Assembly: GCA_964344935.1 (NCBI GenBank)
Contig: CAYFPL010000001.1
Span: 1,391,533 to 1,455,532 of the forward strand
DNA: 64,000 nucleotides
Reading direction: 5' to 3'
Source: an uncultured Rhodospirillaceae bacterium
GTDB lineage: Bacteria; Pseudomonadota; Alphaproteobacteria; GCA-2731375
The notes under the pieces are model-generated. The model was given only the letters and a program-made list of their open reading frames with translations. It had not been told where the DNA came from and did no database searches. The first letter of the stretch is position 1. The number at the start of each line of letters is the position of its first letter. Shown here one piece after another: positions 1 through 9,262 of the stretch. The position numbers and the translations under genes were made by a program.

Positions 1-859
1 CCAGCACCACCTGTTTCGCACGCACTTGCCAAAGGCGCTGACGCGGCCGATGCGGCTCAGGCTCGGCTAGGTGGTCGGCAACCCGTTGCAGCATTGTAAG
101 GGCATTGTGGTCGTAGTAGCCGGCAACTGTGGTACGGGGGAGAAGCCGCACATTGTCCGCCTTTTCCAGTTCGGCGATGATCGACCCGGCCCAGTCCATG
201 CCCGGCGCGCCGTCAATGTGCTGGCCGTTGCCGAGTAGGGCGCCGCCCAATTCCAGGCCTTCGTCAGCCAGGATCACCCTGGCGCCGGTGCGGGCCGCCA
301 TCCGCGCCGCCGATAGACCAGCGGGGCCGCCGCCCACCACCAGCACATCGCAATGGGCGTATTGCTTTTCGTACCGGTCGGGGTCCGCTTCCATAGCGGC
401 GCGGCCTAGCCCCGCCATGCGCCGGATCACGGTCTCATAGGCCGGCCACATGTTCGCCGGCCACATAAATGTCTTGTAATAGAAGCCGGCGGGAAACAGC
501 GGCGAAAGACGGTCGTTGATCGCGCCCACATCGAACCGCAGATTGGGCCAACGGTTCTGGCTTTCCGACACCAGACCATCAAACAGCGCTGCCTCCGTCG
601 CGCGCACGTTGGGTTCCGCCCGGCCGCCGGTGCGCAGACGCACCAGGCCATTAGGTTCTTCCCCCCCGGCCGCCATCAGGCTACGGGGTCGATGGTATTT
701 GAAGCTGCGCCCGACCAGGCGGACGCCATTGGCAATCAGGGCGGAGGCCAAAGTGTCCCCATGAAAACCCTTCATGGTCTCCCCATCGAAGCGAAAACTT
801 AGAGGTTTCGCGCGGTCAATGCGGCCACCTTCGGGCAGGCGGTTGATCTGCTCCCTCAT
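1..859 (-). CDS. soxA: sarcosine oxidase alpha subunit, N-terminal part (gene continues beyond the left edge)
   Basis: Not in the ORF track because it is open at the window edge. My minus-strand translation from ATG (859-857) reads MREQINRLPEGGRIDRAKPLSFRFDGETMKGFHGDTLASALIANGVRLVGRSFKYHRPRS... and later ...YAHCDVLVVGGGPAGLSAARMAARTGARVILADE (GxGxxG FAD fold), with no stop down to position 1. The ATG overlaps the soxD stop (ATGA). Order is the canonical soxB-soxD-soxA. Confidence 0.85.
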   Translation of the reverse strand, partial: MREQINRLPEGGRIDRAKPLSFRFDGETMKGFHGDTLASALIANGVRLVGRSFKYHRPRSLMAAGGEEPNGLVRLRTGGRAEPNVRATEAALFDGLVSESQNRWPNLRFDVGAINDRLSPLFPAGFYYKTFMWPANMWPAYETVIRRMAGLGRAAMEADPDRYEKQYAHCDVLVVGGGPAGLSAARMAARTGARVILADEGLELGGALLGNGQHIDGAPGMDWAGSIIAELEKADNVRLLPRTTVAGYYDHNALTMLQRVADHLAEPEPHRPRQRLWQVRAKQVVL

Positions 860-1137
860 CCGCCCAGCTCCGGCTTGTCTTCGCCAACCCGATAGATTGC
901 TAGGATTTCATGGCTGACCGTATCGCGGACCACGTTGAACCAGCGGCCGCAACCATGACCATGGCGCCAGCGTTCGTAGTAGACACCCTTCTGGTTCGAA
1001 CGCATAAAGACGTAGTCACCCCAGGCCAGATCATCCATGTCCTCGGAATTCAAGGGCCGGACGATGTGGCCTTCGCCGCCACAGGAGAACTCCTCCTCGG
1101 AACGGGGGCCGCACCAGGGACAGGCCAACAACAGCAT
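856..1137 (-). CDS. soxD: sarcosine oxidase delta subunit
   Basis: 93 aa, [28 protein letters not shown]..., with the Cys-rich zinc-ribbon-like N-terminus typical of SoxD. Sits between soxB and soxA, and its start overlaps the soxB stop by 1 nt. Confidence 0.85.
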   Translation of the reverse strand: MLLLACPWCGPRSEEEFSCGGEGHIVRPLNSEDMDDLAWGDYVFMRSNQKGVYYERWRHGHGCGRWFNVVRDTVSHEILAIYRVGEDKPELGG

Positions 1138-2387
1138 CAGTGAGCCACCGCCGCCGCGCCGTGCTCGGCCACCAGGGCGCCGGAATAGAAGCGATCCAAG
1201 GCAAACGGGGCATTAATGGGGTGCGGTTCCCCCTTGGCCAGAGTATGGGCGAACAGGTGGCCGGAGCCTGGCGTCGCCTTGAATCCGCCCGTGCCCCAAC
1301 CACAGTTGAAATACAAACCTTCAACAGGGGTCGCGGATAGGATCGGGCTGGCGTCTGGGCAAATATCCACGATGCCCGCCCATTGCCGCATCATTTTCAG
1401 GCGGGATGTGATGGGGAACAGCTCCACCACGGCCCGGATGGTCTCCTCGATCACCGGCATGCTGCCGCGCTGGGCATAGGAATTATACGGATCGATGCCG
1501 GCGCCAATCACCAATTCGCCCTTATCGGACTGGCTCATATAGGCATGCACCTTGTTCGACATGACCACCGTGGGCATGACCGGCTTTATGGGTTCCGAGA
1601 CCAGGGCCTGAAGGGGGTGGCTGTCCAGCGGCAGGCGGATGCCGGCCATGGCCGCCAAGACCGAGGAATGGCCGGCGGCGACAACGCCCACCCGCGGCGT
1701 GCTGATATCGCCCTGGCTGGTTTTTACGCCTTCGATACGGCCGTCCTTGATGTCGAAACCCGTGACCTCGCAGTTCTGGATGATGTCCGCGCCATGTTTG
1801 TCGGCGCCCCTGGCATAACCCCAAGCCACCGCGTCATGGCGGGCGACGCCGGCCCGGCGTTGTAGCGTGCCGCCCAGGACCGGATAGCGGATGTCGGGAT
1901 CAAGATTGAGGATGGGGCAGATTTCCGATAATTGCGTCGGCCCGACCCATTCCGCGTCCACGCCGGCCAACTGGTTGGCATAGATGCGCCGGCGCAGTTC
2001 CCGCTCCTCGTGCGGGTCGTGGGCCAGATTGATGACACCGCGGGGCGAGAACATGACATTGAAGTTCAGTTCCTGGCTCAGCCCCTCCCACAGTTTCAGG
2101 GCATGGTCGTAGATTGCCGCGCTTTCCGGGTTCAGATAGTTGGAGCGGACGATGGTGGTATTGCGCCCTGTATTGCCACCTCCGATCCAGCCCTTTTCCA
2201 ACACCGCGATGTCGTGCATGCCGTGGCGCTTGGCCAGATAATAGGCGGTGGCGAGGCCATGGCCGCCACCGCCAACAATCACTGCATCATACGAAGGCTT
2301 CGGTTTTGGACTGCGCCAAGCCTGCGGCCAATCGCGATGGCGCCGCAATGCATTGCGCGCAAGGGCGAAGATCGAATATTTTGCCAT
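1137..2387 (-). CDS. soxB: sarcosine oxidase beta subunit (FAD)
   Basis: 416 aa. N-terminus [56 protein letters not shown] is the characteristic SoxB leader plus GxGxxG. Confidence 0.95.
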   Translation of the reverse strand: MAKYSIFALARNALRRHRDWPQAWRSPKPKPSYDAVIVGGGGHGLATAYYLAKRHGMHDIAVLEKGWIGGGNTGRNTTIVRSNYLNPESAAIYDHALKLWEGLSQELNFNVMFSPRGVINLAHDPHEERELRRRIYANQLAGVDAEWVGPTQLSEICPILNLDPDIRYPVLGGTLQRRAGVARHDAVAWGYARGADKHGADIIQNCEVTGFDIKDGRIEGVKTSQGDISTPRVGVVAAGHSSVLAAMAGIRLPLDSHPLQALVSEPIKPVMPTVVMSNKVHAYMSQSDKGELVIGAGIDPYNSYAQRGSMPVIEETIRAVVELFPITSRLKMMRQWAGIVDICPDASPILSATPVEGLYFNCGWGTGGFKATPGSGHLFAHTLAKGEPHPINAPFALDRFYSGALVAEHGAAAVAH

Positions 2388-2450
2388 GCCTTTGCCGAAT
2401 ACCCCCGGTACAAATCAAGGGCATCTTACAGCGCTTTGGAAAGGCCCACC

Positions 2451-3236
2451 ATGAGTAACGATCCGATCTATATGACCAAGAATGGCGAAATCGCCGAAAT
2501 CGTCCTGAACCGGCCGGACAAGCTGAACGCCCTCAATGCCGAGGTTTGGCAGGGCATCATCGATCTGTTCGGCGAGGCCGGCGCGGACGAAGCGGTCAAG
2601 GTAGTGATCCTGCGCTCCAGCGCGCCCAGGGCCTTTGCAGCCGGCGCGGATATCTCGGAATTTCCGGTTGTGCACGCAACGCCAGAAAGCGCGGCGGCGT
2701 ATCATGACAAAATCCGCACCGCTTATGACGCCATTGCCTCCCTGAACAAGCCGACCATCGCCATGGTGCGGGGGGTCTGTTTCGGCGGCGGTTGTGCCAT
2801 CGCGCTGAACTGCGATCTGCGCTATGCGGATACCACATCGAGATTTTGCATCCCGCCGGCCCGCCTGGGCATCGCCTATAGCCTTTCGGAAACCAAACGC
2901 CTGGCCGACCTGATCGGGCCGTCCCGGGCCAAGGAGATGCTGATGGGGGCCAAGGTTATCGAGGCGCCGGAAGCGCTGTCCATCGGCCTGGCCACGCGCC
3001 TGTTCGAGCCTGAGGAGCTGGAGGCGGAAACCTTTGCCTTCGCCGAGAACCTCTGCAATCTGTCCCAATTCACCATCCGCGCCGTAAAGACCATGGTGGG
3101 TGAGATTCTAGACGGCGCGGTGGATGAGACCGAAACCTCCCGCCGTCTTCGCGCGGAGGGCTTCCAGGGCGCCGACTACATCGAAGGCCGCGATGCCTTT
3201 CTGGAGAAACGTAAGGCGACCTTCACGTACCGCTAG
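2451..3236 (+). CDS. enoyl-CoA hydratase/isomerase (crotonase) family protein
   Basis: Track ORF 1932..3236 starts antisense inside soxB. The first ATG clear of soxB is at 2451 (MSNDPIYMTKNGEIAEIVLNRPDKLNALN). Crotonase motifs: FAAGADISEF, MVRGVCFGGGCAIAL. Confidence 0.8.
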   Translation: MSNDPIYMTKNGEIAEIVLNRPDKLNALNAEVWQGIIDLFGEAGADEAVKVVILRSSAPRAFAAGADISEFPVVHATPESAAAYHDKIRTAYDAIASLNKPTIAMVRGVCFGGGCAIALNCDLRYADTTSRFCIPPARLGIAYSLSETKRLADLIGPSRAKEMLMGAKVIEAPEALSIGLATRLFEPEELEAETFAFAENLCNLSQFTIRAVKTMVGEILDGAVDETETSRRLRAEGFQGADYIEGRDAFLEKRKATFTYR

Positions 3237-3370
3237 AGTAACCCGCGTCCTATCGGACGCGCCGTGCGCTAGTCGTTGCCAGGCGGCAGTTGGAAGTCCT
3301 GGATCTGTTCAGAGACCTGACGGCTGAATTCGATCGCAGCTATGCCGTCTGCGACTTTGCTGCAGGGCTG

Positions 3371-4276
3371 TTAGGAGTTCTGGCGGTAGCGGGCGGAAAC
3401 ACGCTCTAAGCCGGCACCCAAATAATCAAACACCCGGCGGACTCGGCGGGAGGTTCTTAACTCGGCGTGGGCGGCCAGCCAGACGGGTATGGTTGGCAAT
3501 ATCAGATCCGGGAACAGGCGTTGCACCGCCAGTTCGTTTTCGCCGATCGAGAGTTGGTTGAAACCAATGCCCCAGCCCGCCAAGACCATGCGCCAAGCTG
3601 CGACCTGATTGTCGGTTCGGAAAGAAAAGAAGTCCCGGCTGACATTGACGCCAGCCTCGCGGAAACCCCGGATGATCTGCTCGCCACGGTCATAACCCAC
3701 CACATCATGATCCAATATGTCATTGAGTTTTTCAGGCCTACCGGTCCTGGCCAGGTATTCATTGGCGGCATAGATTCCAACCCCCAGATCGGCGACCTTG
3801 CGGGCGATGATATCCGCCTGAGTGGGTTGAAACATACGCACGGCAATATCGGCGTCCCGGCGCAGCAGGTTTTCCGTCCGGTCCGAGGCCACTAGTTCTA
3901 TCTGGATCTCCGGCTCCGCCAGGTGCAATTCGGCGAGAATATCCGGCAGAACGTATGTCGCCATGATCTCGGAGGCTGTGATGCGAATGGTGCCCGCAAT
4001 GGCCTCCGCCCGGCCCTGAGCGGCCAGGGCGAGCTGGTTGGCTGCCGCCGTCATGGGCTGGGCCCTCTCTAACAGATCCGCGCCTGTAGGGGTCAGTTCC
4101 AACCCGCCGGGAACGCGGTCGAACAGGCGCACGCCCAAATCGGATTCCAAAGCGCCGATATGCCGGCCCATGGTCGGCTGACTGCCGCCCAAGACCCGCG
4201 CTGCGCCAGATAGTGATCCCGCATCGGCGACGGCCAGGAATGATTGTAAATGTGTCCAATCGAGCGGTTTTGCCAT
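3371..4276 (-). CDS. LysR-family transcriptional regulator
   Basis: 301 aa. N-terminal wHTH LQSFLAVADAGSLSGAARVLGGSQPTMGRHIGALE followed by a LysR substrate-binding region. Divergent from the 4384 gene. Confidence 0.9.
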   Translation of the reverse strand: MAKPLDWTHLQSFLAVADAGSLSGAARVLGGSQPTMGRHIGALESDLGVRLFDRVPGGLELTPTGADLLERAQPMTAAANQLALAAQGRAEAIAGTIRITASEIMATYVLPDILAELHLAEPEIQIELVASDRTENLLRRDADIAVRMFQPTQADIIARKVADLGVGIYAANEYLARTGRPEKLNDILDHDVVGYDRGEQIIRGFREAGVNVSRDFFSFRTDNQVAAWRMVLAGWGIGFNQLSIGENELAVQRLFPDLILPTIPVWLAAHAELRTSRRVRRVFDYLGAGLERVSARYRQNS

Positions 4277-4383
4277 GTCTATACAAAAATGAATATCAAA
4301 GTGTCATTTTTTCACAGTTCTCATTCAAATATTGATCTCTAAGTTTTCCTCATGCAAGGACAATCATTTGGAGATGAAAAAAA
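4277..4383. promoter_or_regulatory. AT-rich divergent control region (LysR regulator <> NAD(P)-binding protein) with a TCAA-N3-TTGA dyad
   Basis: 107 nt, clearly AT-rich against GC-rich flanks. Dyad tcaaatattga at 4325-4335. SD-like GGAG at 4370-4373 followed by an A8 run before ATG 4384. The function is inferred only from position between a LysR gene and its divergent neighbour. Confidence 0.4.
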
Positions 4384-5301
4384 ATGTCAGGCGAAGTAAT
4401 CGTTCTCGGCGCCAATGGGCGGTTCGGGCGTGCGGCGGTCGAGGCATTCCATCGATCCGGCTGGCGGGTGCGTACGTTCTCGCGCGGCCCAATAGAGTCT
4501 CTGGCCGTCCATCAGATCATCGGTGACGCTTTCGATCCGGATGCGGTCAGCAAAGCGGCGAGCGGTTGCGATGTCATCATCAATGCCCTCAACCCACCCT
4601 ATCCACGCTGGCAGCGGGACCTTCCTCGGCTCACCCATGCCGTTGTCCGGGCGGCGATGCACACAGGCGCGGCCGTCATGCTGCCCGGCAACGTTTATAA
4701 CTATGGCGCTCATATGCCCCCGGTTCTGACCGAGATCACGGTGCAGCGCCCTACCACGCGCAAAGGCTTTTTGCGGGTCGAGATGGAGGCAGCCTATCGG
4801 GACGCTGCCGTGCCCACCATCGTTCTGCGCGGGGGGGATTTCATTGAGCGGCAGGTGACCGGCAACTGGTTCGACAGCCAGATCACCAAGAACGTGGAGA
4901 AGGGTATGGTGATGTATCCTGGCCCCCTAGACCAAACCCATGCCTGGGCCTATCTACCCGACATGGCCCGTGCCATGGCCGGTCTGGCAGCGAAACGTGA
5001 GGCTTTCGGCATTTTCGAGGAATTTGGCTTTCCGGGCTACAGCCTGACCGGCCGGGAGCTGGTGGACGCAATATCCCGAGCCATGGACCTTCCCATGAAA
5101 ACCAAAGACCTGCCCTGGCCCCTTATTCGCCTTCTGGGCCTGGCCTGGCCGCAAATGCGGGAGGTGGCGGAAATGGCCTATCTTTGGCACACCCCACACG
5201 CCATAGACGGCGCCAAACTGGCTGCCGCCTTGCCCGAATTCCAGGCGACACCCGCGTCCGAAGCAATCCTGAAAGCCCTAGATCAACATGGTTCAGATTG
5301 A
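4384..5301 (+). CDS. NAD(P)-binding epimerase/NmrA-like (atypical SDR) protein
   Basis: 305 aa. N-terminal Rossmann motif VIVLGANGRFGRAAV. Length and pattern fit extended/atypical SDRs. Confidence 0.7.
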   Translation: MSGEVIVLGANGRFGRAAVEAFHRSGWRVRTFSRGPIESLAVHQIIGDAFDPDAVSKAASGCDVIINALNPPYPRWQRDLPRLTHAVVRAAMHTGAAVMLPGNVYNYGAHMPPVLTEITVQRPTTRKGFLRVEMEAAYRDAAVPTIVLRGGDFIERQVTGNWFDSQITKNVEKGMVMYPGPLDQTHAWAYLPDMARAMAGLAAKREAFGIFEEFGFPGYSLTGRELVDAISRAMDLPMKTKDLPWPLIRLLGLAWPQMREVAEMAYLWHTPHAIDGAKLAAALPEFQATPASEAILKALDQHGSD

Positions 5302-5326
5302 ATCAATCTGCACTCATAAAGTTGAT

Positions 5327-6781
5327 CTAGTCAAAGCCCGGCGGCGGCTGGAAACCCTGGATCTGTTCAGAAACCAGGCGGCAGAATTCGATCGCCGTCT
5401 TGTCCTCGCCTTCCGCGGCGACGGCCTGCAGGCCGAGGGGCAGGCCTTCGGGGCTGAAACCGGCCGGTGAGACGGTGGAGGGCAAAAACACCATGTTCGG
5501 GAACCCGGCCCAGAAGAGCTGGGTGGTGGTGGGCTGTTCCTTGCCGTTCACGGTGATGGTGCGGTCGTGACGTTCGCCTTCCTGGTCGTGGGGCCAGGCA
5601 GCAGAGGCGGCGGCGGGGCATAGCAATATGTCCCAGTCCTCAAAAAACGCGGCCCAGGCCCGGCGCATGAAATGGCGTTCATTATCCCAGGCCAGCCATT
5701 CCCGATGCGGCATCAGCACGCCCCGAGCCATCCAGGCAAGATAGCTGTCAGGGTCCACGTTCTGATCCGCTTTAACATCTTCGAAGAAACCCAGTTGGGC
5801 CTCGGGCACCCCTTGTGAAGTGGCGGAGCGCAACAGCGCCACATAGACTTCAAAGGCACGGGCCGTATCCACCGCTGGGCGGGCCGTGTCGCAAACCGTG
5901 GCCTCCGCCTTGGCCAGGGCATCGGCCATATTAGCCAGGCAATCCTGGTAGGGTTGATCCACCTCGGCTACCGGATCGCTCAACATCACAGCTACCTTGA
6001 AATCCTTCAGGGCGGTCTTGCGGGGGCCCGGCAGATCCAATCGCCAGGCCGTGGCCTCGTAACGGCCAGGTCCCGCCATGATGTCCAATGAAAGTGCCAG
6101 ATCCTCGGCACTGCGCGCCATGGGGCCAACCACAGCGATATCTGCGTGGTTGTAGACCTCCGGTAATGTATGGCCGTCACCGGGTACGATGCCGTAGGTA
6201 GGTTTGTGCCCGAACACCCCGCAATAATGAGCCGGGTTGCGGATAGAGGCACCTATGTCGCTGCCCGCCTCTAGCCCCGTCAGGCCGGCCGCCAAGGCCG
6301 CCGCCGAGCCGCCGGAGGAGCCGCCGGGTGTACGCTCTAGGCTCCAGGGGTTGTTGGTGGTGCCATAGATGGCGTTGAAAGACTGCCAGTCGGCCAGATT
6401 CAGGGGCACGTTCGTCTTGCCGAAGATATTGGCGCCCGCCGCCAGCAGGCGTTCCACCACTACCGAGTGGCTGTCCGCGATGTTGTCCTTGAGATCGGGG
6501 ATGCCCCAGGTGTTTGGGCTGCCGATCAAATCATAGGCTTCCTTCACGGTCATGGGCACGCCGTGTAAGGGGCCGGCCTCTTCCCCCCTGGCCAGGGCCT
6601 CGTCAGCCGCCTTGGCCCGCGCGCGGGCCCCTTCTGGGTCCATCCAGATGATGGCGTTGAGGGCGGGGTTGTAACGCTCCACCCGGTCCAGGAAATGTTC
6701 CAGAAGTTCAAGCGCGCCGATCTCCCGCGCCTTGATCTTGGCCGCCAATTCGATGGCGGTAGCGAAATGCAGTTCCGACAT
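5327..6781 (-). CDS. amidase-signature family amidase
   Basis: 484 aa. Amidase-signature stretch GGSSGGSAAALAAGLTGLEAGSDIGASIRNPA with the Ser-cisSer-Lys context. Confidence 0.9.
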   Translation of the reverse strand: MSELHFATAIELAAKIKAREIGALELLEHFLDRVERYNPALNAIIWMDPEGARARAKAADEALARGEEAGPLHGVPMTVKEAYDLIGSPNTWGIPDLKDNIADSHSVVVERLLAAGANIFGKTNVPLNLADWQSFNAIYGTTNNPWSLERTPGGSSGGSAAALAAGLTGLEAGSDIGASIRNPAHYCGVFGHKPTYGIVPGDGHTLPEVYNHADIAVVGPMARSAEDLALSLDIMAGPGRYEATAWRLDLPGPRKTALKDFKVAVMLSDPVAEVDQPYQDCLANMADALAKAEATVCDTARPAVDTARAFEVYVALLRSATSQGVPEAQLGFFEDVKADQNVDPDSYLAWMARGVLMPHREWLAWDNERHFMRRAWAAFFEDWDILLCPAAASAAWPHDQEGERHDRTITVNGKEQPTTTQLFWAGFPNMVFLPSTVSPAGFSPEGLPLGLQAVAAEGEDKTAIEFCRLVSEQIQGFQPPPGFD

Positions 6782-6787
6782 GGCGGT

Positions 6788-7111
6788 CTAGTCCTCGCGC
6801 GCGGCAAATACGTCCTTGGCGATGGTCGCCGCGGTCATGGCGGTGGGCCAGCCGGCATAGAAAGCCATGTGGGTGATCACTTCGATCAATTCTTCCTGTG
6901 TAACGCCGTTATCCAGGGCCCGGCCCAGATGGCCGACCAGTTGCCGGTCCCGGTGCATGGCCACCAAGGCTGCAACGGTAATAAGGCTGCGGTCCCGCTT
7001 GGACAGCCCTTCCCGTTCCCAGACATCGCCGAACAGAACCTCGCGGGTCAGTTCAACCAGCTTCGGCGCGGTCTCCGCCAAGGCGTCCGCGGCGGTAGGT
7101 TTCTGGCTCAT
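6788..7111 (-). CDS. carboxymuconolactone decarboxylase (CMD/AhpD-like) family protein
   Basis: 107 aa with the typical CMD core: LSKRDRSLITVAALVAMHRDRQLVGHLGRALDNGVTQEELIEVITHMAFYAGWP. Six-nt gaps to guaA upstream and to the amidase downstream. Confidence 0.8.
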   Translation of the reverse strand: MSQKPTAADALAETAPKLVELTREVLFGDVWEREGLSKRDRSLITVAALVAMHRDRQLVGHLGRALDNGVTQEELIEVITHMAFYAGWPTAMTAATIAKDVFAARED

Positions 7112-7117
7112 GGTGCT

Positions 7118-8689
7118 TCACTCCAATTCGATGGTTCCCGGTGGTTTTGAAGTGACATCGTAGACCACTCGGTTAATGCCGCGCACCTCGTTAATGATGC
7201 GGGTGGCGGTGCGGCCCAGGAACTCATGATCGAAGGGGTAGTAGTCCGCTGTCATGCCGTCGGTGGAGGTCACCGCGCGCAGAGTGCAGATATAGTCATA
7301 GGTACGTTGATCGCCCATGACGCCGACGGTGCGCACCGGCAACAATGCAGCGAAGGCCTGCCAGATGGCGTCGTACAAACCCGCCTTGCGAATCTCGTCC
7401 AGATAGATCGCATCCGCCTGGCGCAGGATGTCCAGTTTGTCCGAGGTGACCTCGCCGGGACAGCGGATCGCCAGGCCGGGGCCTGGGAAGGGGTGGCGTC
7501 CCACCAGGCGTTCTGGCAGGCCCAATGTCCTGCCCAGATCGCGCACCTCGTCCTTGAACAATTCGCGCAAGGGCTCCACCAATTCCATGTTCATGCGTTC
7601 CGGCAGACCGCCCACATTGTGGTGGGATTTGATGGTGGCCGACGGCCCGCCCGAGGGCGAGACGGATTCGATCACATCTGGGTACAAGGTGCCTTGGGCC
7701 AGGAAGTCGGCGCCCCCAACTTTGTTGGCTTCTTCTTCAAAGACGTCGATGAAGGTGGCGCCGATGATCTTACGTTTCTGCTCGGGATCGCTGACGCCGT
7801 CCAATTTCTTGAGGAACAGGTCGGACGCGTCCCGATGCACGAGAGAGAGGTTGTAGTGCTCCCGGAACAGGCTGACCACTTCCTCCGCCTCGCCCTGGCG
7901 CAACAGGCCGTGGTCTACGAAAACGCAAGTTAACTGCTCACCAATGGCCTCGTGCAGCAGGATCGCAACGACGGATGAATCCACGCCCCCCGAAAGGCCG
8001 CAAATGACCCGGCCCGACCCCACCTGTTCCCGCACCCTGGCCTCCGCCTCTTGGCGGAACGTGGCCATGTTCCAACTGCCCGTACAGCCAGCAACGTTGT
8101 GGGTGAAGTTGCGCAACAGCGCGGTGCCATCGGGGGTGTGAATGACCTCTGGATGGAACTGTACGCCGTAGAACCTTCGCTCGTCGTCAGCGATCACCGC
8201 ATAGGGACAGTTGTCGGAGGTGCCTACGACACGGAAACCCGGCGGAAGATCCGTTACCCGGTCGCCGTGACTCATCCAGACCTGATGCCGCTGGCCCTGC
8301 TGCCACAGGCCATCCAGCAGGGCGCAATCGCCGCTGACATCGACGAAGGCGCGGCCGAATTCCTGGTGATCCGAAGCTTCGACGCGACCACCCAATTGGG
8401 CGCACATTGTCTGCTGGCCGTAACAGATTCCCAACACCGGCAGGCCCATCTCGAACAATGCCTGCGGCGCCCGGGGCGTGCCCGCTTCCATGGCCGATGA
8501 CGGCCCGCCGGAGAGAATCACGGCGTTGGGCCGTGACTCTCGCAACGCCGCCTCGCCTTTCGAGTATGGGACGATCTCGCAGTAGACGTTGCTTTCGCGC
8601 AGGCGCCTGGCGATCAATTGGGTCACCTGACTGCCAAAGTCGAGAATGAGAATTTTCTCGACTAATTGCTCACTCGAATTGTCGCTCAT
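7118..8689 (-). CDS. guaA: GMP synthase (glutamine-hydrolysing)
   Basis: 523 aa. GATase domain (GICYGQQ, HPEV) plus ATP-PPase P-loop SGGVDSSV, and the C-terminal end ...KPPGTIELE typical of GuaA. Confidence 0.97.
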   Translation of the reverse strand: MSDNSSEQLVEKILILDFGSQVTQLIARRLRESNVYCEIVPYSKGEAALRESRPNAVILSGGPSSAMEAGTPRAPQALFEMGLPVLGICYGQQTMCAQLGGRVEASDHQEFGRAFVDVSGDCALLDGLWQQGQRHQVWMSHGDRVTDLPPGFRVVGTSDNCPYAVIADDERRFYGVQFHPEVIHTPDGTALLRNFTHNVAGCTGSWNMATFRQEAEARVREQVGSGRVICGLSGGVDSSVVAILLHEAIGEQLTCVFVDHGLLRQGEAEEVVSLFREHYNLSLVHRDASDLFLKKLDGVSDPEQKRKIIGATFIDVFEEEANKVGGADFLAQGTLYPDVIESVSPSGGPSATIKSHHNVGGLPERMNMELVEPLRELFKDEVRDLGRTLGLPERLVGRHPFPGPGLAIRCPGEVTSDKLDILRQADAIYLDEIRKAGLYDAIWQAFAALLPVRTVGVMGDQRTYDYICTLRAVTSTDGMTADYYPFDHEFLGRTATRIINEVRGINRVVYDVTSKPPGTIELE

Positions 8690-8755
8690 GGAGGAAGCCT
8701 TACGATGGCTCCCTCACCTGCGCAAGGAACTTTCAGCCGGCTGCTGCAAAGCCCG

Positions 8756-9202
8756 CTATTTCGGGCGATAGGCGACGACAGCGGCCTTCAGATCATCGTA
8801 TTCCTCACAGCCGAAAAAGCAGATTCGATCCAGGGCGTCGAGGTGCTTTTTCGCCATCTCAAGATTGCCTACTTCCAAATAAGTTTGGCCCGCATATTCA
8901 TGGGCACCGCGGTGTTCCGGGTCCAGCTTCAGGGCAATGGCGTAATGTTTGAAGGCATTGTCGAAATCGCCCAGCTTGCGGTAGGCAAAGCCTAGGTAGT
9001 TATGTGTGCTGGCGGTGGCTTTGTTTGCCGCAACATCCCCTTGCAACAGAGTAATGGCGCCAGCCCAATTCTGCTCCTTGATGGCTTTGACTGCCGCCGA
9101 GACAGTGCCGCCACTGGCGCCATCGTCCTCGCCGGCCGCTGCGAGGGCACCGGATATGCCGAGCGACATGGCGATCAACCAGGCAAAGACAAGTTTCATC
9201 AT
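8756..9202 (-). CDS. secreted TPR-repeat protein
   Basis: 148 aa. Signal peptide MMKLVFAWLIAMSLGISGALA, then TPR-like repeats (YLGFAYRKLGDFDNAFKHYAIALKLDPEH...). C-terminal CFFGCEEY motif. Confidence 0.7.
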   Translation of the reverse strand: MMKLVFAWLIAMSLGISGALAAAGEDDGASGGTVSAAVKAIKEQNWAGAITLLQGDVAANKATASTHNYLGFAYRKLGDFDNAFKHYAIALKLDPEHRGAHEYAGQTYLEVGNLEMAKKHLDALDRICFFGCEEYDDLKAAVVAYRPK

Positions 9203-9262
9203 TCGTCCCCATATTTATCGGCGCTGATGCGCAGTTTAGCCCCCTTGGGGCTCACCTGCCTA

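Noticed and set aside
3244-3261. Perfect 7-bp hairpin CGCGTCC-TATC-GGACGCG between the convergent crotonase and LysR genes, considered as a bidirectional terminator.
   Set aside because: There is no U-tract on either strand. A short GC hairpin alone is common in GC-rich intergenic DNA, so I did not call it a feature.
4374-4383. A8 homopolymer between an upstream ATG (4374) and the real ATG (4384), considered as a slipped-strand phase-variation switch.
   Set aside because: The annotated start (4384) lies downstream of the tract, so a length change would not disrupt the protein. The tract is simply the AT-rich SD-to-ATG spacer.
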